From Candidatus Krumholzibacteriia bacterium (GTDB taxonomy: Bacteria; Krumholzibacteriota; Krumholzibacteriia; LZORAL124-64-63): a stretch of DNA of 64,000 bases. Position 1 is the stretch's first letter. The number at the start of each line of letters is the position of its first letter. The DNA lies in NCBI GenBank assembly GCA_046484865.1, contig JAWOID010000018.1, forward strand, positions 32,001-96,000, written 5' to 3'. Shown here in pieces: positions 38,349-48,082 of this stretch. The notes under the pieces are model-generated. The model did not search any database, was not told where the DNA came from, and saw only the letters and a list, made by a program, of their open reading frames with translations. The translations under genes and the position numbers were made by a program.

Positions 38349-39482
38349 CTAGCCGGCGAGCTCGATGGCCTTCTGGACGGCCTCGTCCATGGTCTCGGCC
38401 GGAACCAGCCGCGTCTCGGCCAGCATCCGCCGTGCTTCTTCCTCGTTGGTGCCGGTCAGGCGCACCACGATGGGCACGTCGATCTGCATGGATTCCGTGG
38501 CCCGGATGATGCCCTGGGCCACGTCGTCACAGCGCGTGATTCCCCCGAAGATGTTGAAGAGGACCGCCTTCACGTTCTCGTCGGCGAGGATGATCCCGAG
38601 GGCGTTCACCACCTTCTCCGGGTTCGAGCTGCCGCCGATGTCCAGGAAGTTCGCCGGCTGCCAGCCGTAGTACTTCACCAGATCCATGGTGGCCATGGCC
38701 AGACCGGCGCCGTTGACGAGGCAACCCACGTTCCCCTCGAGCTTGACGAAGGAGAGGTCGGCCTCGCGCGCCTGGCGTTCCGAGGGATCCTCGGCCTCCA
38801 GGTCCCGCAACTCCTCGTAGCCGGGATGCCGGAACAGCGCGTTGTCGTCGAGGTTGACCTTGGCGTCGATGGCGTGGCCCTTGCCGTCCTTCGTGAAGAT
38901 GAACGGGTTGATCTCAGCGAGGCTGGCGTCGGCGTGCAGGAACGCCTGGTAGAGCTTCTGCATCGCCAGGGCCAGCTGCCGGGCCTTGCGGACGTCGCCG
39001 CCGGTCAGCCGCAGCGCCATGCCCAGCGCCTCGTGATCCAGCAGCCCGTAACGCGGATCGATCGGCTGGCGCAGGATCGCCTCGGGATTCTCCTTCGCCA
39101 CCTGCTCGATCTCGACGCCGCCCTCGGCGCTGGCCATCAGCAGCACCCGCTGCGTGTTGCGGTCGATGAGCATGCCGACGTAGTACTCCTCGGCGATGTC
39201 CACCGCCGGGGTGATCAGCACCTTGCCCACCGTGTGTCCCTTGATGTCCATGCCCAGGATGCGCCCGGCGTGATCGCGCACCTCCTGCTCGGTCGTGCAG
39301 TACTTCACGCCGCCGGCCTTGCCGCGGCCGCCGGTGAGGACCTGCGCCTTCACCATGGCCGGCAAACCGACCTCGCGCGCATGAGCGACGGCATCGTCCG
39401 CCGTGGTGGCGACCTTGCCGCCCGGCACCGGCAGGCCGTAGCGGGTGAAGATCTCCTTGGCCTGGTACTCGTGGATGTTCAC
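38349..39482 (-). CDS. sucC: Succinate--CoA ligase beta subunit
   Basis: IHEYQAK, GGRGKAGG, EINP, NGAGLAMATMD, NIFGGI; GTG start. Confidence 0.96.
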   Translation of the reverse strand: MNIHEYQAKEIFTRYGLPVPGGKVATTADDAVAHAREVGLPAMVKAQVLTGGRGKAGGVKYCTTEQEVRDHAGRILGMDIKGHTVGKVLITPAVDIAEEYYVGMLIDRNTQRVLLMASAEGGVEIEQVAKENPEAILRQPIDPRYGLLDHEALGMALRLTGGDVRKARQLALAMQKLYQAFLHADASLAEINPFIFTKDGKGHAIDAKVNLDDNALFRHPGYEELRDLEAEDPSERQAREADLSFVKLEGNVGCLVNGAGLAMATMDLVKYYGWQPANFLDIGGSSNPEKVVNALGIILADENVKAVLFNIFGGITRCDDVAQGIIRATESMQIDVPIVVRLTGTNEEEARRMLAETRLVPAETMDEAVQKAIELAG

Positions 39483-39559
39483 GGATCGCCTCCCCGGATT
39501 GCGGCGGTGGCCGGCCCCGATCGATCCGATCGCCTCGGCCGGCCGCCCCTGCTTCTCGG

Positions 39560-40876
39560 CTAGCCCAGGAAGCGGGCCAGCAGTTGCTCCAGATTCGGCT
39601 CTCCGATCTCCTGGAGCTCGTACTTCACGCGAACGGTCGGCTTGTCGATCTTCACGATGCGGTTCAGGTCGATCGGCGTGCCGATGACCACCACGTCGCA
39701 ATCGACGGCGTTGATGGTCCTCTCCAGGTCGGCCACCTGCTCCGCGCCGTACCCCATGGCCGGCAGCAGCGTGCCGATCTCGGGATACGCCTCGAAGGTC
39801 TCGGCCAGCCGGCCCGTCGCCCAAGGGCGCGGGTCGACGAGCTCGGCGGCTCCGCGCCGCAGCGCCGCCACCACGCCGGCGCCGTAGGTCATGTCGCCGT
39901 GCGTGAGCGTGGGGCCGTCCTCCACCACCAGCACGCGCTTGCCCCGGAGGTCGACGTCGCCCTCGACGGTCAGCGGGCTGGCCGCGTCGACGATGACCAC
40001 GTCCGGGTTGATCTCCAGGATGTTGCGGCGGACGGTCTCGATGTCGTCGAACTCCGCCTCCACTTCCTTGTTGATCACCACGACGTCGGCCAGGCGCACG
40101 TTCGTCTCGCTGGGGTAGTATTCCTTCTCGTGGCCGGCGCGGTGCGGGTCAGCGACGACGACGTGCAGGTCGCTCCGGTAGAACGGGGTGTCGTTGTTGC
40201 CGCCGTCCCAGAGGATGATGTCGGCCTCCTTCTCCGCCTCGCGCAGGATCGCCTCGTAGTCGACCCCGGCGTAGATGACGCCCCCCGCCACGACGTGCGG
40301 CTCGTACTCCTCCATCTCCTCGATGGTGCACTCGTGCTTCTCGAGGTCCGACAGCTCGGCGAAACGCTGGACGCGCTGCTTCACGAGATCGCCGTACGGC
40401 ATCGGGTGGCGTACCGCCACCACCTTCTTGCCCGCCGCCCGCAGGATCTGCGCGATGCGCCGGCTGGTCTGGCTCTTGCCGCAGCCGGTGCGCACCGCGC
40501 CCACCGACACCACGGGCTTGCTGCTCACGAGCTGCGTCAGCCGCTCGCCGAGCATGGTGAAGTCGGCGCCCGCGGCGTTGCAGACCGAGCCGAGGCTCAT
40601 GACCTGCTGGTACGAGCGGTCGCTGTACGACATCACGCAGAGGTCGGCCTCGTGCCGGCGAATGAGTTCCACGAGATCGCTCTCGTCCTCGATCGGGATT
40701 CCCCCGGGGTAGAGTTCGCCGGCCAACTCGGCGGGGTACCGGCGGCCGTCGATGTCCGGGATCTGGGTGGCGGTGAAGGCGACGACCTCGTAGTCCGGAT
40801 TGTCGCGGTAGACGCAGTTGAAGTTGTGGAAGTCCCGCCCGGCTGCGCCGAGAATGATGACCTTCCTCTTGCCCAT
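39560..40876 (-). CDS. COG2403 P-loop NTPase (cyclic 2,3-diphosphoglycerate synthetase-like / arginine synthetase ArcE-like family)
   Basis: GAAGRDFHN, VRTGCGKSQ P-loop, RHPMPYGDL, TIEEMEEYEPH, WDGGNND, VEDGPTLTHG, LPAMGY. Confidence 0.85.
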   Translation of the reverse strand: MGKRKVIILGAAGRDFHNFNCVYRDNPDYEVVAFTATQIPDIDGRRYPAELAGELYPGGIPIEDESDLVELIRRHEADLCVMSYSDRSYQQVMSLGSVCNAAGADFTMLGERLTQLVSSKPVVSVGAVRTGCGKSQTSRRIAQILRAAGKKVVAVRHPMPYGDLVKQRVQRFAELSDLEKHECTIEEMEEYEPHVVAGGVIYAGVDYEAILREAEKEADIILWDGGNNDTPFYRSDLHVVVADPHRAGHEKEYYPSETNVRLADVVVINKEVEAEFDDIETVRRNILEINPDVVIVDAASPLTVEGDVDLRGKRVLVVEDGPTLTHGDMTYGAGVVAALRRGAAELVDPRPWATGRLAETFEAYPEIGTLLPAMGYGAEQVADLERTINAVDCDVVVIGTPIDLNRIVKIDKPTVRVKYELQEIGEPNLEQLLARFLG

Positions 40877-40946
40877 GATGCCTCCTTGGCGAAGCGGGAA
40901 TACGCGCCGCGCGGCCGCATCCCGATCAGCGGCCAGGATGCCGCGG

Positions 40947-41441
40947 TCAGGTCGGCTCGCGTCGAATGGCAGCGATGATCCGAGAGGTCGACCAACCCGC
41001 CCGCATGGGCACTCTGACGACCCTGCCGCCCCAGGATTCGACTTCCCGGGCGCCCACGATGTCTGCCTCGGCGTACTCGGACCCCTTCACGAGCACGTCG
41101 GGCCGCACCAGCAGTATGGTCTCCAGAGGGGTTGGCTCGGGAAATATGGTGGTCGCCGAAACGGGCCGCAAGGCGGCGATCAGCGCCGCGCGGTCGGCTG
41201 CCGGCACCAGCGGCCGCCGGGGACCCTTCAGCAGCTGGACGGACGCGTCGTCGTTCAGCGCCACCAGCAGCCGGTCGGCCTCGGCCGCCGCCCGCCCGAA
41301 GCTGTCCAGATGACCGCGGTGGACCAGGTCGAAGCAGCCGTTCGTGAAGGCGATGGTCAGGCCGGCGGCGTGCACCTCGGCGGCCCATCCCGCGAGCTCC
41401 GCGCGCCCCAGCACGCGGCCCAGATCCACCGGGCGCGTCAC
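40947..41441 (-). CDS. rfaE2: D-glycero-beta-D-manno-heptose 1-phosphate adenylyltransferase
   Basis: FTNGCFDLVHRGH, ALNDDASV, KGPRRP, PDVLVKG, STSRII. Confidence 0.92.
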   Translation of the reverse strand: MTRPVDLGRVLGRAELAGWAAEVHAAGLTIAFTNGCFDLVHRGHLDSFGRAAAEADRLLVALNDDASVQLLKGPRRPLVPAADRAALIAALRPVSATTIFPEPTPLETILLVRPDVLVKGSEYAEADIVGAREVESWGGRVVRVPMRAGWSTSRIIAAIRREPT

Positions 41442-41442
41442 C

Positions 41443-42474
41443 TCACGCCTCCGGCGTGCGCCGGCGGCGCTCGCCGAGGATCTCGGCCGCGGTGACGGCC
41501 ACGGTGCCGAGTTCGCGCACCGCCACCCCCGCCGCCCGGTTCGCCAGCGCCGCCGCCGTCATGTAGTCGGCGCCCGCGGTGAGGGCCGCGGTGTACACGG
41601 CGACCACGGTATCCCCCGCACCGGTCACGTCGAACACCTCGGTGGCCTCGGTGGGCAGGTGATGGGCCGCACCGTCGCGCTGGTAGATCGCGATGCCGTG
41701 CTCGCCGCGCGTGATCAGCACGGCCTCCGAACCGGTGCGCTCCAGGAGCATGCGTCCGGCGGTGTCGAGGCTCGCCCGGTCCTCGATGTCGATGCCGCAC
41801 GCCTGCTCCGCCTCGCGCTGGTTGGGCGTGAGGGAGGTGGCCCCGTAGTACTGGGAGTAGTCGCCGCGCTTCGGGTCGACCACCGCCACGCCTCCGCGCT
41901 CGCGGACGTGGCTGATGGCGCGCGCCAGGGTGAGGTCGGTGAGCACGCCCTTGCCGTAATCGCTGAGGACCACGCCGTCGAAGGGACCGCTCTCCACCAG
42001 CCGGCGCACGAGCTGGTCGGTGATCGCGGCCGTCACCGCGTCGACGCGTTCGCGGTCGGCCCTCACCACCTGCTGGCTGTGCGCGATGATGCGCGTCTTC
42101 ACCGTGGTGGGACGGTCGTCCACCTCGATCAGGCCGTCGTCCTCGATCCCCGCTTCCGCCAGCAGGCGGCGCAGGTGCGTCGCCGCCTCGTCCTGGCCGC
42201 AGACCGCCAGCAGGGTGACCCTGGCCCCCAGGGCCCGGATGTTGGCTGCCACGTTGGCGGCACCGCCCAGCGTGGCCGTCTCGCGCTCCAGACGCACGAC
42301 CGGAACCGGAGCCTCGGGACTGACACGATCGACGCGCCCCCAGAGGAAGCGGTCGAGCATGCAGTCGCCCAGGACGGCGAGGCGCCTGCCGGCGATGCGT
42401 TGCAGCAGCCCGTCATCGCCCGTTGCGGGCGTGTGGGCGGCGGACGCGGGGATGTCCTTGTCAGCGGGGGGCAT
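41443..42474 (-). CDS. rfaE1: D-glycero-beta-D-manno-heptose 7-phosphate kinase
   Basis: GDCMLDRF, RVSPEAPVPV, GGAANVA, SDYGKG, VFDVTGAGDT. Confidence 0.94.
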   Translation of the reverse strand: MPPADKDIPASAAHTPATGDDGLLQRIAGRRLAVLGDCMLDRFLWGRVDRVSPEAPVPVVRLERETATLGGAANVAANIRALGARVTLLAVCGQDEAATHLRRLLAEAGIEDDGLIEVDDRPTTVKTRIIAHSQQVVRADRERVDAVTAAITDQLVRRLVESGPFDGVVLSDYGKGVLTDLTLARAISHVRERGGVAVVDPKRGDYSQYYGATSLTPNQREAEQACGIDIEDRASLDTAGRMLLERTGSEAVLITRGEHGIAIYQRDGAAHHLPTEATEVFDVTGAGDTVVAVYTAALTAGADYMTAAALANRAAGVAVRELGTVAVTAAEILGERRRRTPEA

Positions 42475-42535
42475 GCGCGCCTTCTTTGTCCATGACGGTC
42501 GCGGGCCGGGGGCGGGCCGTCGCGAGAACGGCGGC

Positions 42536-42564
42536 ACGCTAGCATCGGCCGCCGGGAGTGTCAA
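42536..42564 (-). promoter_or_regulatory. sigma70 promoter of the rfaE1 unit
   Basis: TTGACA-N17-TAGCGT. Confidence 0.6.
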
Positions 42565-42599
42565 CCGCAGCCCCTGCACCATCTCCAGGAGGCGACCGC

Positions 42600-42920
42600 G
42601 TGAACAAGCCACAGCGCCCGCAGATCCAGGTGGACCTCGGGGAGAAGGAAGCCGAGGGGATCTATGCCAACTTCGCGATCATCACCCACAGCGCCTCGGA
42701 GTTCATCGTCGACTTCGCCAGGCTGCTGCCGGGTCTGCCGAAGAGCAAGGTCTTCGCCCGGATCATCATGACCCCGCAGAACGCGAAGGCGCTGCAGCGC
42801 ACGCTCCAGACGAACGTGGAACGGTTCGAGCAGACCCACGGCGAGATCAAGCTGTCCGCGCAGCCCGGCGCCACCTCGGGACAGAACGCGGGCATCGGGT
42901 TCCAGTCGTCGGAGGAGTAG
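42600..42920 (+). CDS. DUF3467 family protein
   Basis: AEGIYANFAIITHSASEFIVDF...RIIMTPQNAK...NVERFEQTHGEI; GTG after AGGAGG. Confidence 0.88.
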   Translation: MNKPQRPQIQVDLGEKEAEGIYANFAIITHSASEFIVDFARLLPGLPKSKVFARIIMTPQNAKALQRTLQTNVERFEQTHGEIKLSAQPGATSGQNAGIGFQSSEE

Positions 42921-42969
42921 CCGGCACCGCGGCCGCGGCTGGACCGTCGCGCACCGGCGGGGAAGACGG

Positions 42970-43920
42970 TCAGCCCGCAGCGGCGCCGGCGGCCGGGGGC
43001 TGCGTCTTCCAGCGCCGGTGCACCCACCAGTAGTGTTCGGGCGCCGCGCGCACCGCCTCCTCCAGCTCGCGGGTGTGGGCCTCGGTGAGGCGCGCGATGG
43101 CGGTGGCCTCGTCCCAGGCGGGGTCGGCACGGTGGGGGGCGTTGAATCGCAGCACGTGGGTGCCGTCCGGCAGGCGGCGTGGGAACCCGGTCAGCAGCGG
43201 GCAGCCCAGCCGGTAGGCGTACGCCGCCGGACCTCGGTAGACCGACGCCGGCCGGCCGAGGAACTCGACGAAGTGTCCGAGCGGTCCGGCGTCCTGGTCC
43301 CCCAGCAATCCCACGAGATCACCCCGGCGCAGCGCCCGGATCATCTCCTTGAGCGACGGTCCGACGCGGATGATCCCCACCCCCACGCGCCGCCGCAGGT
43401 CGTTCTGGAGGCGGTCGACGCGCGGGTTGGACTGCGTCTTGGCGAGCGCCTGCACCGGATAGCCCCGCGCGGCCACCGCCGCCGCCTGCAACTCCCAGTT
43501 GCCGTAGTGTCCCGAGACCAGCAGCGCGCCGCGCCCCTCCCGGCGCACCTCCTCGAGGTAGTGTTCGTTCTCGATGACGGTGATCCGGCGCACCCCCTCG
43601 GGGCCGAGCTTCGAGAAGGCGCAGAACTCGAGCAGGGTCGTGCCCAGTTCCACGTAGAAGCGCCGGGCAAGTCCCTCGATCTCGGCCGGGGTTTGCTCGG
43701 CGCCGAATGCGGCGCGCAGATTGGCGAGCACCACGTCCCGGCGCACCGGCGCCACGTGCCAGGCGGCGCGTCCCAGGCGCCGTCCCCAGGGGCGGAGAGA
43801 GTGCCAGGGCAGGCGGGCGGCACCCGCCTGGATGCTGCGCAGGAGGGCGTAGTCGGCCGCGTGCCGCAGGCGTTTGCCGGGCGGCCGCTCGTCTCGCGGC
43901 GCTGATCGCGTCGATTCCAC
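42970..43920 (-). CDS. Lipid A biosynthesis acyltransferase (LpxL/HtrB family)
   Basis: SGHYGNWE, LGDQD, VEFLG, PEHYWWVHRRWK. Confidence 0.9.
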   Translation of the reverse strand: MESTRSAPRDERPPGKRLRHAADYALLRSIQAGAARLPWHSLRPWGRRLGRAAWHVAPVRRDVVLANLRAAFGAEQTPAEIEGLARRFYVELGTTLLEFCAFSKLGPEGVRRITVIENEHYLEEVRREGRGALLVSGHYGNWELQAAAVAARGYPVQALAKTQSNPRVDRLQNDLRRRVGVGIIRVGPSLKEMIRALRRGDLVGLLGDQDAGPLGHFVEFLGRPASVYRGPAAYAYRLGCPLLTGFPRRLPDGTHVLRFNAPHRADPAWDEATAIARLTEAHTRELEEAVRAAPEHYWWVHRRWKTQPPAAGAAAG

Positions 43921-44001
43921 GTCGGATCCCGGTCAGGGTCCAGGTGCAGCCCGCGGGCGCAGCCGCCGCCGGCCGCGCGCGCGCGAGTTGCGCGCCGGGG
44001 C

Positions 44002-44898
44002 TCAAGGGTCCCAGATGGTACGAGCCAGGCGGCCGCCTGGCAACCGCCGGATCAGCCCGGCCAGTTCCAGCGCCAGCATACCCTCGGCCCATGCTCCCTC
44101 GCTGCCGCACCAGCGGCGGCGCAGGTCGTCCCGGCATACGCCCTCCAGGTCGAGCCGGTCCCAGATCCAGCGGGCCGGACTGCCCGGCGCAGGCCGGAGC
44201 GTGCCGTTGCCGCGCGCGTCGGCCCGCACGACGTCCCGGGTCGCCTCCGGCTGGCCGAGTTCGCGCACCACGTCCGCCGCGCTCTCGACCAGGACGCCGC
44301 CCTGGCGCAGCAGATGATGGCAGCCACGCGATTCCTCGCGATCCACCGGCCCGGGCACCGCGAAGACCTCGCGCCCGAGGTCGAGAGCGAGGTATGCCGT
44401 CAGCAGGGCGCCACTGCGTCGCGGCGCCTCGACGACCACCACGCCGGCAGCCAGCGCAGCGATGAGCCGGTTGCGGCGCGGGAACTGGTGCCGGTGGGGC
44501 GTCACGCCGGACGGCAGCTCCGTCACGGCGCAGCCCGACGCCTCGATCTGCCGGCGCAGGGCGCGGTGCCGGGACGGATAGGTGATCTCGATGCCGGTGG
44601 CCATCACCGCGACGGTGCGGCCACCGGCTGCGAGGGCTCCCCGGTGCGCGGCGGCGTCGATGCCGAGCGCCAACCCGCTCGCGATCGTCCAGCCCGCCAT
44701 GGCCAGGTCGGCCGCCAGGCGCTCGGCCACGGCCAACCCTCTCGAGGTGGCGCCGCGGGTGCCCACGACGGCCACCGCCGGAGCGGCGAGCGCGGAGGGG
44801 TCTCCCGTCACGTGGACCTGCGCAGGCGAATCGCGCAGGTCGTCCCAGCCCGCCGGCCACGGTGGGCGGCCGCGCGCGAGGAGGAGCGGTGTCGGCAC
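44002..44898 (-). CDS. dprA: DNA-processing protein DprA (short N-terminus)
   Basis: AVVGTR, SGLALGIDAAAH, FPRRNRLI, VVEAPRRSGALLTA, GREVFAVPG; C-terminal winged helix. Confidence 0.93.
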   Translation of the reverse strand: MPTPLLLARGRPPWPAGWDDLRDSPAQVHVTGDPSALAAPAVAVVGTRGATSRGLAVAERLAADLAMAGWTIASGLALGIDAAAHRGALAAGGRTVAVMATGIEITYPSRHRALRRQIEASGCAVTELPSGVTPHRHQFPRRNRLIAALAAGVVVVEAPRRSGALLTAYLALDLGREVFAVPGPVDREESRGCHHLLRQGGVLVESAADVVRELGQPEATRDVVRADARGNGTLRPAPGSPARWIWDRLDLEGVCRDDLRRRWCGSEGAWAEGMLALELAGLIRRLPGGRLARTIWDP

Positions 44899-44935
44899 GA
44901 TTCGCCGATCCTCTCCGGGAGGCGGTGAGAAGGGC

Positions 44936-45991
44936 TCAGGGTCTCGGCGCCCCTGGCGGCGGCGCATCCGGGCCGCCCGGCTCGTCGGGTGCCTGCGGTG
45001 CCGGCCAGCGTCGCAGCAGGCGGCGGAGCCCGCCCAGTCCGGAACCGGTGGCCGACGAGATCATGAGCGTGGTCTCCGCGCCGCGCGTGCGCGCCCAGTT
45101 CTCCACCTTCGCCTGGACCGCGGCCGCGGCGGACTCGTCCAGGAGATCGGACTTCGTCAGGACCACGGTGAAGGGAAGTCGCTCCAGGCCGTGTCCGTAG
45201 GCGCCCAGTTCCTCGCGCAGCATCCGCGCCGACTCCCACGGTTCGCCGTCGGCCGCGTCCACGAGCAGCAGCAGGGCCCGGGTGCGCTCGATGTGGCGCA
45301 GGAACTCGTGCCCCAGCCCCTTGCCGGCCGCTGCGCCCTCGATGAGCCCGGGAATGTCGGCCAGAGTGCAGCTGGCGTAATCGCCGAGATCCGCGATGCC
45401 CAGGTTGGGTACCAGGGTGGTGAACGGGTAGTCGGCCACCTTCGGCTGGGCGGCCGTGAGCACCGACAGCAGGGTGGACTTCCCGGCGTTCGGCGCGCCC
45501 ACGAGGCCGACGTCCGCGATGAGCCGCAGTTCCAGACGCACCTCGAGCGATTCGCCCGGTTGCCCGGACGTGGCCTTGCGGGGGGTCTGGTTACGCGAGG
45601 AGCGGAACTGCCAGTTGCCCTTGCCGCCGCGGCCGCCGCTTGCCACCAGCAACCGGTCTTCAGGCGCGATCAGATCGCCCAGCAACTCGCCCGTCTCGAC
45701 CCGGAACACCGAGGTGCCGCAGGGCACGGGGATGACCACGTCCTCGCCGGCGGCGCCCGTCCGGCGTTGCCCGCCGCCGGGTGAGCCGTCCTTGGCCTGG
45801 TAACGGCGGCGGTAGCGGAAGTCCATGAGCGTGGTGCTGTCCGAGGTGGCCGCGAAGACCACGGAACCGCCGCGGCCCCCGTCGCCGCCGTCGGGGCCGC
45901 CCCGCGGGACGAACTTCTCGCGGCGGACGGAGATGCAGCCGTCGCCGCCGCGACCGCCTGCCACGTGGATGATGGCGACGTCGATGAACAC
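44936..45991 (-). CDS. obgE: GTPase Obg
   Basis: GGPDGGDGGRGG, GAPNAGKST, YPFTT, DIPGLIEG, GLGHEFLRHIER, TKSD. Confidence 0.96.
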   Translation of the reverse strand: MFIDVAIIHVAGGRGGDGCISVRREKFVPRGGPDGGDGGRGGSVVFAATSDSTTLMDFRYRRRYQAKDGSPGGGQRRTGAAGEDVVIPVPCGTSVFRVETGELLGDLIAPEDRLLVASGGRGGKGNWQFRSSRNQTPRKATSGQPGESLEVRLELRLIADVGLVGAPNAGKSTLLSVLTAAQPKVADYPFTTLVPNLGIADLGDYASCTLADIPGLIEGAAAGKGLGHEFLRHIERTRALLLLVDAADGEPWESARMLREELGAYGHGLERLPFTVVLTKSDLLDESAAAAVQAKVENWARTRGAETTLMISSATGSGLGGLRRLLRRWPAPQAPDEPGGPDAPPPGAPRP

Positions 45992-46199
45992 GTTCGCTCC
46001 TGGTTCCGTGCAGGGAACGCGGTCGCGTTCGCCGCCGGTGGAAGCAAGGATGGTGCGCCGGGCACGCCATCGGGGACCGGACCGGACAACCCGTCGCTGC
46101 AGAGGCCGCAGACCCGCCGGCAGCGACCGCCGCTCGGGCATGACTGCAGCCCCGTCCGCCGGCGGCGTCGCGGCACGGTGACGCCGGGTCCGCTCCCCG

Positions 46200-46697
46200 T
46201 CACTCGCGGGGGTCGGCGCGGCCGAGCGCGCGGCGCAGACGATCGACCACCGCGGAGGGCACCAGTGCCTCCAGATCGCCGCCGTGGCGCGCCACGTCGC
46301 GCACGAGGGTGCTGCTGACCGCCGCCAGGTCCGGTCGTGCTAGCAGGTAGACACACTCGAAATCCGGCGCCAGCAGCCGGTTCACGTTGGCCAGCGCCCA
46401 CTCGTGCTCGTAGTCGCCGGAGGAGCGGATGCCGCGCACGACTCCCACGGCCCCGCGCCGCCGGACCTCGTCCACGAGCAGACCGCCGAACCCCTGCACG
46501 TCGCAGCCCGGCAGGCCCGTCGCGGCTGCGCGGGCGAGTTCGACGCGTTCCGACACGGGCAGGAATGCGGCCTTGCCGGCTTCCGCGACCACCACCGTCA
46601 CGCGGTCGAACAGCTTCAGCGCCCGCTGCAGGACATCCAGGTGGCCGCGGTGGAAGGGATCGAACGAACCCGGGTAGAGGACGTGACGGTCGTTCAT
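46200..46697 (-). CDS. coaD: Phosphopantetheine adenylyltransferase
   Basis: YPGSFDPFHRGHLD, VRGIR, VSSTLVR. Confidence 0.94.
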   Translation of the reverse strand: MNDRHVLYPGSFDPFHRGHLDVLQRALKLFDRVTVVVAEAGKAAFLPVSERVELARAAATGLPGCDVQGFGGLLVDEVRRRGAVGVVRGIRSSGDYEHEWALANVNRLLAPDFECVYLLARPDLAAVSSTLVRDVARHGGDLEALVPSAVVDRLRRALGRADPRE

Positions 46698-46706
46698 GCG
46701 GACTCC

Positions 46707-47321
46707 CTAGCTTCCGGGTGGCGGTTCCGCGCCGGGTTCGCCGGCGCCAGCGGGCTCGCTTTCGTCAGGTCGCAGGATCGTCAGCGCCGTCCGCCCGTAC
46801 CGCCGTCGATCGGGCACGAGCGGCCCCACGGACGGCAACATCTCCTCCGCGGCGTGCTCCAGGGCCGCCGCGCGCAGGGGAACGCGCAGCGCCAGGTCGC
46901 CGATCCCGGCCGCCAGTTCCGCGGCGAGCCCGGTGCCGTAGGGGGGGTCCGCCACCACCAGCACGTCCTCCCCCGCCACGTCCCGCCCCGCGGCCGCCAG
47001 CCAGCGGCGCGCATCGGACCGCACCAGCCGGTATGTGGCGGGATCGGCTCCGCAGGCCGCCAGGTTCGCGGCGGTCAGTTCCAGCGAGCGCCGGTCGCGA
47101 TCGACGAACACCGCCCGGACCGCCCCGCGGCTGAGCGCCTCGATCCCCAGTCCCCCGGCCCCGCAGCAGAGGTCGACCACCAGCACGCCCGGTACGTCCA
47201 GCGCCAGGATCGAGAAGAGCGCCTCCTTGACGCGGTCGGCGGTGGGGCGCACGACCAGCCGCCGATCCATGCGCAGCCGTCGCCCGCGCCAGCGGCCGCC
47301 GCTGACTCTCACCCGACGCAC
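46707..47321 (-). CDS. rsmD: 16S rRNA m2G966 methyltransferase
   Basis: RPTADRVKEALF, DLCCGAGGLGIEALSRGA, DPPY, RRYG; upstream of coaD. Confidence 0.9.
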   Translation of the reverse strand: MRRVRVSGGRWRGRRLRMDRRLVVRPTADRVKEALFSILALDVPGVLVVDLCCGAGGLGIEALSRGAVRAVFVDRDRRSLELTAANLAACGADPATYRLVRSDARRWLAAAGRDVAGEDVLVVADPPYGTGLAAELAAGIGDLALRVPLRAAALEHAAEEMLPSVGPLVPDRRRYGRTALTILRPDESEPAGAGEPGAEPPPGS

Positions 47322-47376
47322 CTTTCGTCGTCGTCCCGGGTTCCCGGTTCCCGTGCCGGGCGGCGGTCGCCGTCCG

Positions 47377-47934
47377 TCACGCCGCGGAGAGGGCGCCGCG
47401 TCTCCGCGAGAGCCGGCGACGCCAGATGAGACCGCGCAGCAGCGCGGTCTGGGCCACGTCCCGCGGCGGCATGCGGTCGGTGCGTAGCCGGAAGTCCGCC
47501 GCCGCCGCGTACAGCGGCAACCTACGGGCATGGAGCGATCGCAGGCCCTCCCACCCCAGCAACTGGATCAGCGACCGCGCCCCGGCGCCCGTCGGGCCGA
47601 CCTCGAGCCGCGCCCGCAGCACCTCCCAGGGAGCATCCAGCCAGAAGACCGCACCGCGTTCCCGCAGCAATCCGACCGCTTCGCCGCTCTCCACCACGCC
47701 ACCGCCGGCCGCCAGGATCAGCGATGGAGCCGCGCTCAGCCGGGTGAGCGTCTCCAGTTCGAGGCCGCGGAGCCCCGCCTCTCCTTCGCGTCTGGAGAGT
47801 TCCGCCAGCGTCGCGCCCGAGGTGCGCTCGATCTCGTCGTCCAGGTCCAGCGCCACGCGCCCGGTGGCGCGTCGCAGATGCCTGGCCGCGGTACTCTTGC
47901 CGCTGCCCATGAAACCGATGAACGTCGTCCACAT
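47377..47934 (-). CDS. aroK: Shikimate kinase
   Basis: IGFMGSGKST, DLDDEIE, GGGVV, RLPLY; pilQ-aroK synteny. Confidence 0.9.
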   Translation of the reverse strand: MWTTFIGFMGSGKSTAARHLRRATGRVALDLDDEIERTSGATLAELSRREGEAGLRGLELETLTRLSAAPSLILAAGGGVVESGEAVGLLRERGAVFWLDAPWEVLRARLEVGPTGAGARSLIQLLGWEGLRSLHARRLPLYAAAADFRLRTDRMPPRDVAQTALLRGLIWRRRLSRRRGALSAA

Positions 47935-48021
47935 GGCAACCCCCGGCCCGCTGCCGGCTCCGGTCCGGCGCGGCGACCGGCCTCCGGATGACGGCCGATC
48001 GACCGCGCGCCGATAGTAGGG

Positions 48022-48058
48022 AAAAAGCCGGACCGGAGCAAGGTCGCTCCGGTCCGGC
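48022..48058 (-). terminator. Intrinsic terminator after pilQ (overlaps candidate aroK promoter at 48013-48041)
   Basis: 13-bp perfect stem GCCGGACCGGAGC/GCTCCGGTCCGGC followed by TTTTT. Confidence 0.8.
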
Positions 48059-48082
48059 GGGAAGGGCTCCGTGCGAGCGCGG

